DNA of 64,000 bases. Source: a virus. Its lineage: Duplodnaviria; Caudoviricetes. The stretch is from IMG/VR virus record IMGVR_UViG_3300021400_000034, positions 179,337 to 243,336 of that record; one strand, 5' to 3'. The translations under genes and the position numbers were made by a program. The notes beneath the pieces are model-generated. The model did not search any database, had not been told where the DNA came from, and worked only from the letters and a program-made list of their open reading frames with translations. Shown in pieces: positions 36,695-46,563 of the stretch. Positions within the stretch are counted from its first letter, which is position 1, and each line of letters starts with the position of its first letter.

Positions 36695-38008
36695 CTAAGC
36701 GTAGACCTTAGCTAGGTCTTCCATATTCAGAAGATCAGTGTAGCCGACGTTGTACTCGTGGAGATAGTTGACAATGTCCAAGTCTCTGCTAGTCTTGAAG
36801 CTGCTCATCGCGTAAGCTCCAGAGTAGATGTTCTCTCCGATCAAGATCGCAGAAGACATAGACGGCGGATCTGGAGTCTCATCCATGTTCATGACGTACT
36901 CATCAGTCTCAGACGGCTCTATAGGCAGTCTGACGTCTTTCACGTAGACGCCGTCCCTCTCGAAGTGCAGATCACTGAGCATCTCGTCGATGCTGTAGTA
37001 CGTCGGCTTCACTGGAAGTCCGTTCCATGCGATCTTCAATGCTTCTACCTTCGTCTTAGCGTACTTGAAGATAGGAATCTGCATAGGATCACCTGTCCAG
37101 ACTGCTTTAGCGATCCCGACGATGTGTCCAGTCAGATTCAAGCAGTCTGTCGTAGGCTTCACGTTGCTCGGGTTTACGAACAGCTTGAGTCCGTTCTCGA
37201 TAGCGTTAGCATAGTAGTCTAGCTCGCGAATCTTTCCATTCATGAACGAAGTGCACATCTTCTCGTAGTCTGGCTTGATGATCCAGTCGTTCGCTTTCGT
37301 GCAGTACAGCTTCATCTTCTCTGTGAACGTGCGGTAGTATGATCCAGCAGACTCGACTGATGCGCAAAGCTCGGTCTGGTCTAGAACGCAGTCGAACATC
37401 GCCTTGAGCTGATTGAGCAGATCGAACACACCCCAACGCTTCAGGCTGTCTAGATAGTATCTCAGCCACTTGTAGACCGCATCGACCTTTCTCTGAAGCC
37501 AGCGGAGCCACTTGTTGACTTGCGCCATGAAGTCTTGGAACAGACCAGTGATCGCAGACAGCGTCAAGTCTAGCGAGACGCCAGAGCATATCTGCCTCTT
37601 GAACTCCTTGAAGTCCTGTACTATCTGATACAGCTCTCGCTGAACGTTAGAGTAGCGGTCTTTTCCGTCAAGCTTGAACAGACCTCTCACAGCCTTCGAG
37701 AAGATGGAGTCAGGATTGAGAAGATAGTTAGTGAAGAAGTCGCACTTGAACAGATCCTTACACATCTTAGAGTCTGAGAAGTCTCGAATCCACAATGAGC
37801 TCATGGACTTCATCAGCGATGTTATCGAAGCAGCGATGATCTTCAAGACTGGGTTCAGAACCTCTCTCACAGTCACTAGCGCTAGCTTCACGATTCCGTA
37901 GATCAAGTCAAGAATCTTGTCTGCTGCAGCCTGAGTGACCTCTAGGGCAGTCTTGATTGTCACGAAAGTCTGGTAGATGTAAGTGCAGATGATAGTGGAG
38001 ACGTTCAT
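36695..38008 (-). CDS. helical Cys-containing hypothetical late protein, 437 aa
   Basis: Long ORF; shares TATATATA box with gp14. Confidence 0.75.
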   Translation of the reverse strand: MNVSTIICTYIYQTFVTIKTALEVTQAAADKILDLIYGIVKLALVTVREVLNPVLKIIAASITSLMKSMSSLWIRDFSDSKMCKDLFKCDFFTNYLLNPDSIFSKAVRGLFKLDGKDRYSNVQRELYQIVQDFKEFKRQICSGVSLDLTLSAITGLFQDFMAQVNKWLRWLQRKVDAVYKWLRYYLDSLKRWGVFDLLNQLKAMFDCVLDQTELCASVESAGSYYRTFTEKMKLYCTKANDWIIKPDYEKMCTSFMNGKIRELDYYANAIENGLKLFVNPSNVKPTTDCLNLTGHIVGIAKAVWTGDPMQIPIFKYAKTKVEALKIAWNGLPVKPTYYSIDEMLSDLHFERDGVYVKDVRLPIEPSETDEYVMNMDETPDPPSMSSAILIGENIYSGAYAMSSFKTSRDLDIVNYLHEYNVGYTDLLNMEDLAKVYA

Positions 38009-38015
38009 ATCAGAA

Positions 38016-38023
38016 TATATATA
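38016..38023. promoter_or_regulatory. palindromic TATATATA, candidate bidirectional late promoter
   Basis: Only 19 bp between divergent ATGs at 38008 and 38028. Confidence 0.6.
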
Positions 38024-38027
38024 CTAT

Positions 38028-38852
38028 ATGTACTCAGACTTTCAGGAAGAGTTCAATCGCTTGTGGGGTGATGGCGGATGCACCGTCAGCGGATGGGACT
38101 GGAACAAGCCTATGCCCTACGACAGCACAGACAAAGACAGCTGCTACGCTAACGAAGCAGCATTTCTCTCCTCGCTGACATCTGAAGCGTACAACATGTA
38201 CGGCTTCGAGGTCGACTACTACATCAAGCAGATCTCGACGAAGAGAGATCGTCTGCTCGGCGAGGATCCGCTCGAGAACATCGTCCGCAGGTTCAAGCTG
38301 TCCGTCTACACTGACAGCATTCCCAACCTGCAGAAGCAGTATCAGATCCAAGGCATGCTATATGACGAGGTTTTCGAGATACAGGCGACCATAGCCCACT
38401 TCAGAGAAGCTAGCCAGTATGACTACGAGAGAACCGAGATCAAGTACGAGGAGTACAAGCCGAAGATAGGCGACATCATCTACTTCCAGTATAACGACAA
38501 GTACTACGAAGTGATAAACGTGAAGGAGTTCAAGGACGGCACTGCTTTCCTTGGCACTCCGATCACTTATACGTTCACTCTGAGAATCTGGAAGAACAAC
38601 CACGAAGACGTGGACGTCATGAACCAGAATGACGACGACATGCCTATCGAGGACTTCACTGCCCTGGCTGAGTCGTTCGACATCGAGAACAAGACCTCCG
38701 AAGTGGCTTCTTCTGGAGACATTTTGGCGGTAAACGACTACGTAAAAGGCGAAGATCCGGGACTTCAGCGCTATGTTCCCAAAGACGAGCCTCCTGAGAT
38801 CTGCAAACAGAAGAGAAAATCAGACCCGTTCGACCCGTTTGACGGCTGGTAG
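38028..38852 (+). CDS. gp14: neck/head closure protein (T4 gp14-like)
   Basis: EAYNMYGFEVDYY, DRLLGED, PKIGDIIY..YEV and DPFDGW motifs. Confidence 0.85.
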   Translation: MYSDFQEEFNRLWGDGGCTVSGWDWNKPMPYDSTDKDSCYANEAAFLSSLTSEAYNMYGFEVDYYIKQISTKRDRLLGEDPLENIVRRFKLSVYTDSIPNLQKQYQIQGMLYDEVFEIQATIAHFREASQYDYERTEIKYEEYKPKIGDIIYFQYNDKYYEVINVKEFKDGTAFLGTPITYTFTLRIWKNNHEDVDVMNQNDDDMPIEDFTALAESFDIENKTSEVASSGDILAVNDYVKGEDPGLQRYVPKDEPPEICKQKRKSDPFDPFDGW

Positions 38853-38884
38853 TATAAATAACTAGAACATAAGAGGTGAAAACC

Positions 38885-39298
38885 ATGAAATGGAAAGAAT
38901 TCCTTAACAAGGTCAACGAAGATCAGAACTACAATCCGGAAGTTTTCGAAGACGAGATCACCGGCGAAGTTCCGCAGACTGGAAACACTGACGTCTCCAC
39001 GCCAGCTCCGGTTCAGCAGAAGTCTGAGATGGGCAACCTCATCGAGAAGTACTTCGGCAAGGGCAACAACGACGCTATCAAGTCTCTCGACGGCTTCTCT
39101 AACGACTTCGTCAACGCTATCACGGATTACGTGAACAATGTCTGGGTCGTTCCTGACGACTTCGTCGGTCGCGATGACGCTCTCGCTCAGTTCAAGAAGA
39201 AGGTGAAGGACATCACTGACGCTCGTGTCAACAAGATCGGCACAGCTATTCACGACCTCGGTGTCCAGCTCCAGAACGCAAAGAACCTAGCTAAGTAA
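38885..39298 (+). CDS. probable head-internal protein (MKWKEFLNKVNE)
   Basis: Late box at 38853-38860; GAGGT SD; CTS-like N-terminus. Confidence 0.7.
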   Translation: MKWKEFLNKVNEDQNYNPEVFEDEITGEVPQTGNTDVSTPAPVQQKSEMGNLIEKYFGKGNNDAIKSLDGFSNDFVNAITDYVNNVWVVPDDFVGRDDALAQFKKKVKDITDARVNKIGTAIHDLGVQLQNAKNLAK

Positions 39299-39320
39299 GT
39301 CAAAAGAGTAGAGATCTAAG

Positions 39321-40853
39321 ATGGCAGACAAGAATCGCAAGACTCCCCCAGGTCCTCCAGGTCCGCCTCACAAAGGACCGCATGGACCGTGGCCTTCGGT
39401 GTTTCCGCCAGACGGTCATAGGCCGCCTCATCCGGGCTATCCGCCCAGATGGAACGACACTGAACCAGTGATCGGGGTCAGACCTTGGGAGAACTGCTGT
39501 GATGGAGAGAGTGAGTGCGTATGCGTCACTTCCGGAGATGTCGTCCGCTGGGACGATATCTCGTCTGCCGTTGTAGAAAACTCTGCTGCTTGGAATCAAG
39601 GCGGCGGAGACGACTCTTGGAAGACATCTGCTGACAACTGGAACTCGACCTATGTCACTGTCGAAGAGAATTCCGCTTTCTGGACTTCTGCTTACCAGAT
39701 GGTCGAGAACATCGACTCTGGAAGACTAGAAGATCTCTACAATCTCGTCGCTCAGACGAGCTCCTTCCTCGAGTCCTACAAGGGACTGCGCTACGTAGCT
39801 ACGAAGAAAGAAGAGATCCAAGGCTTTGGAACATCTGGATCTCCTCTACAGCTTTCTGAAGACGTCAGAGCAAGCCTAAGATCCTTGAACAAGCTGATCG
39901 TAGACCTCTATGTGAACGCTATCATCGACCCGCAGAAGAGAAAGTGGGTCAGCCAAGATCAGGTAGATGAGCTCTACTCTTGGATCGAAGATCACGACAA
40001 GCTGTTCTGGGAGACTAATCCCAACATCGAGCATGACGGCAGAAGACCTGACGGCGTGTTCGACCAGCTAGAGAAGATCTGGAAGATTCTCAAGTCTCAC
40101 GGCGGCATAGTCTATCGTGCTGGCAAGTGGATCAGCATCGACCACGATGTGATCTCGGTCTCCGGAATGGATCCAGTCCGCTGGGACAAAGTAGCTGACA
40201 TAGTCGAGGAGAAAGCTGACTACTGGACTTCGGCATACGAGACTGCATCTGCTGCGCTAGAGATCGCAGAGAAAACTGAGGAGAAAATCAAGGGGATCGA
40301 AGATGTAGTCGACAACGTATCAGCGAAAGTCGAAAAGATTGACAAGACCCTAAACTCAGTGATCGACGACATCGACTCTACTTCTGGCAACTGGAATTCA
40401 GCCTACGACACGGTCTATGCAAACTCCGCTAACTGGGACTTCGCTTATGAAGTAATAAGCGACTCTGCCACGACGTGGAACGCTGTAACAGACATCGTAT
40501 CAGAGAGTGGAGACTACTGGAACGAAGCCTATGACTTGTCTAAGCAGACAGCCGAGACTGTAGAAGGGCTCGTAGAGACGGTTTCCGACCTGTCTGAGAG
40601 CGCTACGCTGTGGAACTCGGCTTATCACATTGTCGAAGATCTAAACAGCTCTGCAGAGCTCTGGAACAGCACTTACGAGACAGTCAGCATCACATCGGCT
40701 GAGCTAGTCGACGCCAAGGACGTCGTTCAAGAGAATTCGGCTTACTGGTCGAGCGGCGGACGAGAAGAATGGGTTTACGCTAAGAACATGGACTACACCA
40801 ATTACAGCGCTTATGCTGACCAGAAGAAGATTTATTTCAATTTCTCAAATTAG
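39321..40853 (+). CDS. repeat-containing fiber/whisker-like virion protein
   Basis: Pro/Gly/His N-terminus, Cys cluster, ~14-aa NSAxWNSAYETV repeats. Confidence 0.65.
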   Translation: MADKNRKTPPGPPGPPHKGPHGPWPSVFPPDGHRPPHPGYPPRWNDTEPVIGVRPWENCCDGESECVCVTSGDVVRWDDISSAVVENSAAWNQGGGDDSWKTSADNWNSTYVTVEENSAFWTSAYQMVENIDSGRLEDLYNLVAQTSSFLESYKGLRYVATKKEEIQGFGTSGSPLQLSEDVRASLRSLNKLIVDLYVNAIIDPQKRKWVSQDQVDELYSWIEDHDKLFWETNPNIEHDGRRPDGVFDQLEKIWKILKSHGGIVYRAGKWISIDHDVISVSGMDPVRWDKVADIVEEKADYWTSAYETASAALEIAEKTEEKIKGIEDVVDNVSAKVEKIDKTLNSVIDDIDSTSGNWNSAYDTVYANSANWDFAYEVISDSATTWNAVTDIVSESGDYWNEAYDLSKQTAETVEGLVETVSDLSESATLWNSAYHIVEDLNSSAELWNSTYETVSITSAELVDAKDVVQENSAYWSSGGREEWVYAKNMDYTNYSAYADQKKIYFNFSN

Positions 40854-40878
40854 GATTTAAACAGGAGCATCGACTAAG

Positions 40879-41304
40879 ATGAAGAATTACGACAAACTAC
40901 AGGATTTCCTTCTCAACGAGTCTACGGTGTTCGAGAAGAAGGAAGACACGAACCCGCTCTACTACATCTGGGCAGTGATCAAGAGCGTCAACGGAAAGAC
41001 CGAAGAAGAGATCAAGAAAGACCCAGATCTTAAGAAGCTCTTCAAGAAGCTCGACAAGTTCTGCGACGAATATCCTAAGCAGATCAAGCAGTTGAAGGAC
41101 CGCTTCACACCGTCCGAGTTCTTGATGTCTTTCAAGGATCAACCTGTCGACGAACAGCGCAAGATGGTCGACTACAAGCTCGACGACATGCTCAACTGCA
41201 TGACTTACGGCATCAAGAGCTTCAACGAATACTCTGAAATTCTCAAGGATTTCAAGGAATTGAAAGATTCCGAAGAAATGAAGATCGTCATCGCTGGCAT
41301 CTGA
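40879..41304 (+). CDS. probable head-internal protein (MKNYDKLQDFLLNE)
   Basis: AGGAG SD; CTS-like N-terminus. Confidence 0.7.
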   Translation: MKNYDKLQDFLLNESTVFEKKEDTNPLYYIWAVIKSVNGKTEEEIKKDPDLKKLFKKLDKFCDEYPKQIKQLKDRFTPSEFLMSFKDQPVDEQRKMVDYKLDDMLNCMTYGIKSFNEYSEILKDFKELKDSEEMKIVIAGI

Positions 41305-41343
41305 TATAAATAATCTAAAAGCAATACTAGAAGGGTGTTATAT

Positions 41344-42270
41344 ATGACTATTAAGAACAAAAAAGCGCTTCTAAACGAGGATTTTCTGTCGGACGTGAAT
41401 CAGCCTACCCTTACGGCTGACCAGATCGCCGGCGCCCAGGAAACAACCGAAGGCGATGACGACTTCGCAGATCTTCTCGGCGGAAGCACTGAGAAAGTCG
41501 AAGACACTGAAGACAAACAGGCTGAAGCTACGACAACTCTCGTCGACACTATCGCTTCCCTCAAGGATGTCATCAACGGCGTGAACGTCGGTCTCCAGAA
41601 GCTCTCTGACAAGATCGACGGCATGGGTGCTGCTCCTGCAGCTGAAGCTCCGGCTGAACCTGCACCAGAAGCCGCTCCGGCACCGGAAGGTGATGCTGCA
41701 TCTCAGGACGCTCCTCCCAACATCGATCTCGATCTCGACAACGCTGCTGAAGCTGGTCAGGACGAGCCCGCTGCTGAAGGTGACGGCACTGCTCCAGCTG
41801 ATGAAGGCAACGTTGAAGACAAGCCAGCTGAAGGTGGAGAAGAAGCTCAACAGCCAGAATCCAACCCGGGCGACGAACAGAAGACTGAAGCCTATCGCGC
41901 TAACAAGATGCCTGGCAAGCTGCTCAACAGCAACACTGGCAGCATCATCGGAATCGTCGAGTCTGGTAAGCTCTACAAGCTTGACGAGCGTCTCATGACT
42001 GTCGTCAAGGCTAAGATCCGTGAGCGCATCAACGAAGCTAAGAAGCAGCTCAAGGCTGAACTTCTCGGCGAAGAGTACAAGCCAGCTGAACCGGTCGTAG
42101 AGCCGGCTGAGAAGCAGATCGACGAAAAGAAGGGAACTTCCTTCCTCGAGCAGATCAAGGCTGCTAAGGCTTGCAAGTCTGGCAAGTGCGACTCAGAAGA
42201 GAAGAAGGACGACGAAAAGAAGTCCTGCGACGAAGCTGAGAAGCCAGCAGAAGAGAACAAGGAAGCCTAA
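41344..42270 (+). CDS. acidic Ala/Pro/Glu-rich prohead-core-like protein
   Basis: Late box at 41305-41312; multiple (L/I)xE sites. Confidence 0.7.
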   Translation: MTIKNKKALLNEDFLSDVNQPTLTADQIAGAQETTEGDDDFADLLGGSTEKVEDTEDKQAEATTTLVDTIASLKDVINGVNVGLQKLSDKIDGMGAAPAAEAPAEPAPEAAPAPEGDAASQDAPPNIDLDLDNAAEAGQDEPAAEGDGTAPADEGNVEDKPAEGGEEAQQPESNPGDEQKTEAYRANKMPGKLLNSNTGSIIGIVESGKLYKLDERLMTVVKAKIRERINEAKKQLKAELLGEEYKPAEPVVEPAEKQIDEKKGTSFLEQIKAAKACKSGKCDSEEKKDDEKKSCDEAEKPAEENKEA

Positions 42271-42273
42271 TCT

Positions 42274-42747
42274 GTGCTGAACGAAACTCAAATGGGTGCG
42301 CTTCGCGTACTAGAGGCACTAGAAGGAGAAGAGGATCAGACTGCTTACACGGTCAATCTCTCTAATCCAGTGTGCCCTTGTTGCGGAGCCAAACTGATCA
42401 TTCAGGACGACACAGAACCAGGACAGAACGAAGAGCTGAACACCGACATGATCGATGAGCAGTTCGCTGATCCAGACGTCATCCTTCCGCTGGTCAGAGA
42501 AGCTGCTTCAGACATCGTCGAAGGATATGTTGCTTACGCTAGAGAGTCAATGCTTGACGACCGTCAGATCGCCAACTCTCTCTGCTATCCGCAGGATCCA
42601 GAGCTTAAAGATGCAATTCAGAGAAAGTCAAAGGAGCTGAAGTCTATCTTCTCTAGCGCCTATGGCTTGCTCGTCAACGAGCAGATCATCGTCCAGGATC
42701 TTCGGGACGCGATCAAGAGAATAGTAACAGGCGGTCGAAGATCTTGA
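42274..42747 (+). CDS. hypothetical protein with CPCC motif
   Basis: GTG start 3 nt after upstream stop. Confidence 0.7.
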   Translation: MLNETQMGALRVLEALEGEEDQTAYTVNLSNPVCPCCGAKLIIQDDTEPGQNEELNTDMIDEQFADPDVILPLVREAASDIVEGYVAYARESMLDDRQIANSLCYPQDPELKDAIQRKSKELKSIFSSAYGLLVNEQIIVQDLRDAIKRIVTGGRRS

Positions 42748-42788
42748 GTATAAATAAAAAGATTTTAACAAACAAAGAGGTTAACCAA

Positions 42789-43199
42789 ATGAAAGACTCT
42801 AAAATCACTAAAGAACAGCTTGACGAAGCTATCAAGGTTGCAGAGGCTCACGGCTACAAGGTGGTCGACGAGTCTGCTGAAGAGACTAAGGACAAGAAGG
42901 CTCTGCTCGCAGAGGCCATCGAAGTCGCTAAGGCTCACGGCTACAAGGTCGTGAACGAAGAGGACGAAGAAGTTGGCGCTACGGCAGAGACTGAAGAAAC
43001 CGGTACAGAAGTCACTCCGAAAACCGAAGAGGATGACGGCGAGATCTTCACGATCCAGGTTACCAAGTCTGAGCTCGAAGCCATCAAGTCTATCCTTGAC
43101 AAGGTCGAATACGAAGACGACGGTTCCGCTGACGCTGAAGCTGCTGCTGCAGTCGTAAGCGCTATGGACGACGAAAACGTCTACGGCTCGATGGACTAA
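42789..43199 (+). CDS. acidic protein with duplicated EAIxVAxAHGYKVVxE motif
   Basis: Late box at 42749-42756; GAGGT SD; internal repeat aggctcacggctacaaggt x2. Confidence 0.75.
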   Translation: MKDSKITKEQLDEAIKVAEAHGYKVVDESAEETKDKKALLAEAIEVAKAHGYKVVNEEDEEVGATAETEETGTEVTPKTEEDDGEIFTIQVTKSELEAIKSILDKVEYEDDGSADAEAAAAVVSAMDDENVYGSMD

Positions 43200-43221
43200 G
43201 TCTGGCTGGTCGAATATAAAG

Positions 43222-43256
43222 CTGAGATCTGGGCTAACCGCTCAGATCCAGTTTTT
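43222..43256 (+). terminator. intrinsic terminator
   Basis: gatctgggc/gctcagatc stem followed by T5. Confidence 0.7.
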
Positions 43257-43289
43257 GTGTATAAATAAACTAAGGCATAGAGGAACTAT

Positions 43290-45653
43290 ATGGCAATTTG
43301 GACTAGCAAAGATGCAGTAGAGTGCTTCAGAAGCGCAGACAGCATCAGAAACATGTATAAGAAGCGCTTCATGGGATTGACGCTCTCAGTTCTGGGCAAG
43401 AGCGAGAAGCTGAAAGGCGTCGATCCTATGAAGATCAAGAAAGAGAATCTCCAAGAGGCATTCGACGGTCTCAAGGACTTCGAGATCTACGACAAGCTCG
43501 GATCTACTGACGCGGCTATCAGAGTCGCAGTCGTCAACTCGATCGCGAAAGAAGGTCCAGACAAGGGAAAGTTCAACTATGCTAACCTTGACAAGCAGAT
43601 CAAAGGAAAGGACATCAACGACAAGTTCGTAGCCGAGATCTCGAAAGATCCTTCATACGCTAAGACGAAAGAACAGCTCGACAAGCTCTGCGACGAAGGC
43701 GAGCAGGAAGCGAAGAAGGAGATCGCTAAAGGCGAGAAGATCGAATTCTCTGATCTAGACAAGCGCATGCTAGAGAACTCGCTCGGAAAAGACAGCGCTA
43801 CCGCTGCACTGAACGCTGCATCTCAGTACGTGACCTGGAAGAAAGTCGAAGAGACTGGCGCACTAGACGCTATGAAGGGCACTAAGCAGGGCAGCAAGTT
43901 CTGGAGCGACGACGAGAAGTATCACGACTGGACGGACATGGCGGCAAAGACTAAAGATGCTGCATACAACAGCGTCATGGGCGCTGAGACGAACATTCTC
44001 ACTGCGCCACTCAAGATTTTCTTCTTCGGCCTACACGAGCTTCTCAATCCTAACTCGTTCTTCCGTAGAAACGTTCTAGGAAAGCTCATCAAGAACATCA
44101 AGAACGTCAAGAGCAACAAAGAAGCTCAGGAAGAGTACAAGAAGATGGGTCTAGCCATCGAAGGAATGGAAGGAGAAGGAAGCCAAGAAGAGCAGAGCGC
44201 AGAAGGACAGAAGAAGACAGTCACTAAGGCCGTCAAAGAGATCCAGCGTGAGCTCATGAAAGGCTACGACTTCAAGAAAGACATGGAGTTCCTAGGCGCT
44301 GAGCCTGGCAAAGAAGAACAGCCTCAGGAAGAGGAGAAAGAGCAGCAGCCGACTCAGAAAGCTGAGTCGTGGATCAGAGAAGCTGACGGAGATCAGCAGA
44401 ATCAGACCAACGTGGACGCTGCAGCAGACGCTGGTGAGGACGAGAAAGAAGAGGAACCGAAGCAAGAGCAGCCTAAAGAAGAGAAGAAAGAAGACGGTCC
44501 GTCTATCGAAGAGATCCAAGACACGGTCTCTGCAGTAGTTCTACGATACAACTGCTTGATATACATTCTCATGAGAGCTTTTGCTGGCGCTTACGGTCAC
44601 GACGAGGCGTTCAAGATATTCAGCTTCCATCCGTTCACTATCTCTAAGAACGACGAAGAGACACAGCGTCAGCAGAACAGCCAGCAGAACAAAGAGAACT
44701 GGCAGAAAGTTCAGAAGTACTTCTCCAACCAGACAGAGCTCCAGCGACTCGGCATCAAGAGCATGAAGGACGCTAAGACGATCACGGCTCAGTCTAAGAA
44801 GACGGTAGTAGACGACCTCCAGAAAGAAGGAGTTCCAGTCGAGATCATCGACAAGGTTCTCGGAACGAAGAACGGCGTCGCTGAATCTCTCACTCTTGAT
44901 AAGTGGGTGGAACTGCTTACAGAAGCGAACCAGAAAGTCGTCAACCCGTACAGGTTGTCTCTGACGAAGGGAATAGACCACTGGGTGAAGAACGATCCGC
45001 TCATGACCCGCTTGCTAGTCAAGAACAAAGACATGAGAGTCGAGATGCAGAGAAACTCTAAGTTCTCTACATTCTTCGCTTACGCTAACCTCTTCGAAGA
45101 AGTCTTGAACGAGTACAGCCAGTACATCAACGCCATCAAGAATCACGCTAAGTTCGAACAGTTCAAAGACATGGACATCAAGCTGAGCGGAATCAAGAAC
45201 CTCAAGCCTATGGAGTGCACGACTAACCTGCAGAAGGCTATCACATACCTCAGCAGCCACACTGACGGAAGCTTCGGAAGCGAAGTCAAGCGTGAGTTCA
45301 TCGCACTCTCTATGTTCAAGAGAATCACTAACATCAGCGCATTCTTGACCATCAGAAACCTAGACTTCAAGAACATCGAAGCTTTCATCAAGATGTGCTT
45401 GCCGAAGATAGAGATGCTCAGAAAGCCGTCCGCTACGACTTGCACAATCTCGGACGAAGTCGCTAAAGTCGTCTTCGGAGATAAAGGAATTCCATTCTCC
45501 TTCATTGACGCTAGAGAGCCTGAGAAGGAAGAGAAGAAGGACGAGAACCAGGAACAGGCAGAGAAACAGTCCGAGCAGCAAGCACAGAAGCAAGGCCAAC
45601 AGCCAGAACAGAATTCTAACCAGGAACAGCAGAACACTCAGGAGCAGAAATGA
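43290..45653 (+). CDS. large helical late protein, 787 aa, possible ejected/internal protein
   Basis: Late box at 43260-43267; Q/E-rich linkers with IRE/LTE sites. Confidence 0.7.
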   Translation: MAIWTSKDAVECFRSADSIRNMYKKRFMGLTLSVLGKSEKLKGVDPMKIKKENLQEAFDGLKDFEIYDKLGSTDAAIRVAVVNSIAKEGPDKGKFNYANLDKQIKGKDINDKFVAEISKDPSYAKTKEQLDKLCDEGEQEAKKEIAKGEKIEFSDLDKRMLENSLGKDSATAALNAASQYVTWKKVEETGALDAMKGTKQGSKFWSDDEKYHDWTDMAAKTKDAAYNSVMGAETNILTAPLKIFFFGLHELLNPNSFFRRNVLGKLIKNIKNVKSNKEAQEEYKKMGLAIEGMEGEGSQEEQSAEGQKKTVTKAVKEIQRELMKGYDFKKDMEFLGAEPGKEEQPQEEEKEQQPTQKAESWIREADGDQQNQTNVDAAADAGEDEKEEEPKQEQPKEEKKEDGPSIEEIQDTVSAVVLRYNCLIYILMRAFAGAYGHDEAFKIFSFHPFTISKNDEETQRQQNSQQNKENWQKVQKYFSNQTELQRLGIKSMKDAKTITAQSKKTVVDDLQKEGVPVEIIDKVLGTKNGVAESLTLDKWVELLTEANQKVVNPYRLSLTKGIDHWVKNDPLMTRLLVKNKDMRVEMQRNSKFSTFFAYANLFEEVLNEYSQYINAIKNHAKFEQFKDMDIKLSGIKNLKPMECTTNLQKAITYLSSHTDGSFGSEVKREFIALSMFKRITNISAFLTIRNLDFKNIEAFIKMCLPKIEMLRKPSATTCTISDEVAKVVFGDKGIPFSFIDAREPEKEEKKDENQEQAEKQSEQQAQKQGQQPEQNSNQEQQNTQEQK

Positions 45654-46159
45654 TAGAGAAGAAGAGAAAGACATTCATGGACTTCAGAACGAAGCTGAAC
45701 GAAGACGATCTCAGCAATCCTAATCCAGCAGCTGCGCCAGAGCAGCCCACAGCTCCTCAGCCTGCGCCAGCTCCAGAGCCAAAGCCAGCGCCTGCTCCAG
45801 CGCAATCAGGCGACCCTGCATCTAAGCGCGCTTCAGTAGCAGAGAAGATCAAGCCGCAGTATGAGCTCGCTAAGTCGGTCATCGATGGTATCAACAAGGC
45901 TTTCGCTGACGACTGCGCTAAGACGACTAAGTATGACACTATGGGCGACCAGATCAAGAACTTCGAGAAGCAGATCCGTGGCGCTTGCCAGCAGACGATG
46001 ACCATCGTACAGCAAGAGAACTTTGACTGGCACAACTACAACATCTGTTCTCCAAAGTCCTTCAAGTGCATCACTCTCTACAAAGACCGTGACCTTGACG
46101 TTCTGAAGCTCAGCGCAGGAATCATCATATTCTACAACAGCCTCATCGGAGAGAACTAA
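45650..46159 (+). CDS. hypothetical protein (..FMDFRTKLNE, Pro/Ala linker)
   Basis: Coupled start; CTS-like segment. Confidence 0.7.
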   Translation: MIEKKRKTFMDFRTKLNEDDLSNPNPAAAPEQPTAPQPAPAPEPKPAPAPAQSGDPASKRASVAEKIKPQYELAKSVIDGINKAFADDCAKTTKYDTMGDQIKNFEKQIRGACQQTMTIVQQENFDWHNYNICSPKSFKCITLYKDRDLDVLKLSAGIIIFYNSLIGEN

Positions 46160-46554
46160 TGAGATACCTCGTCGAGAAACTACTTCTTGAGCAGCCTCAC
46201 GTCTTTCTAGACATGGACGGCGAGAGCGAAGAGCAGGTCTGGGACTTCTGCGCTGAAGACAAGCCGAAGACATGGATCATCCAGCTGATCAAGCTGTATG
46301 CGATGAAGAAGCTAGAGACGCTAAACGACCGCAAGAACCATAGCACTGTCCTCTATCTGACTCAAGATGAAGTCGACATGTTCACGGAGAATCTCGTCAA
46401 CGATCCGTTCTTCCTTCTGCAGGCTAGATCCTGCATCGAGCAGCTATACCGAGACAACCAGACGAAGTCCGTAGAGCTGCTGAGAAAATATCTCCCAGAT
46501 GAACTGAAAGAGAAGATCGGGCTCGATCGAGGAATTGATCTAGAGATAGACTAA
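46159..46554 (+). CDS. hypothetical protein (MRYLVEKLLLE)
   Basis: TAATG coupling. Confidence 0.7.
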   Translation: MRYLVEKLLLEQPHVFLDMDGESEEQVWDFCAEDKPKTWIIQLIKLYAMKKLETLNDRKNHSTVLYLTQDEVDMFTENLVNDPFFLLQARSCIEQLYRDNQTKSVELLRKYLPDELKEKIGLDRGIDLEID

Positions 46555-46563
46555 GGAGAAACA

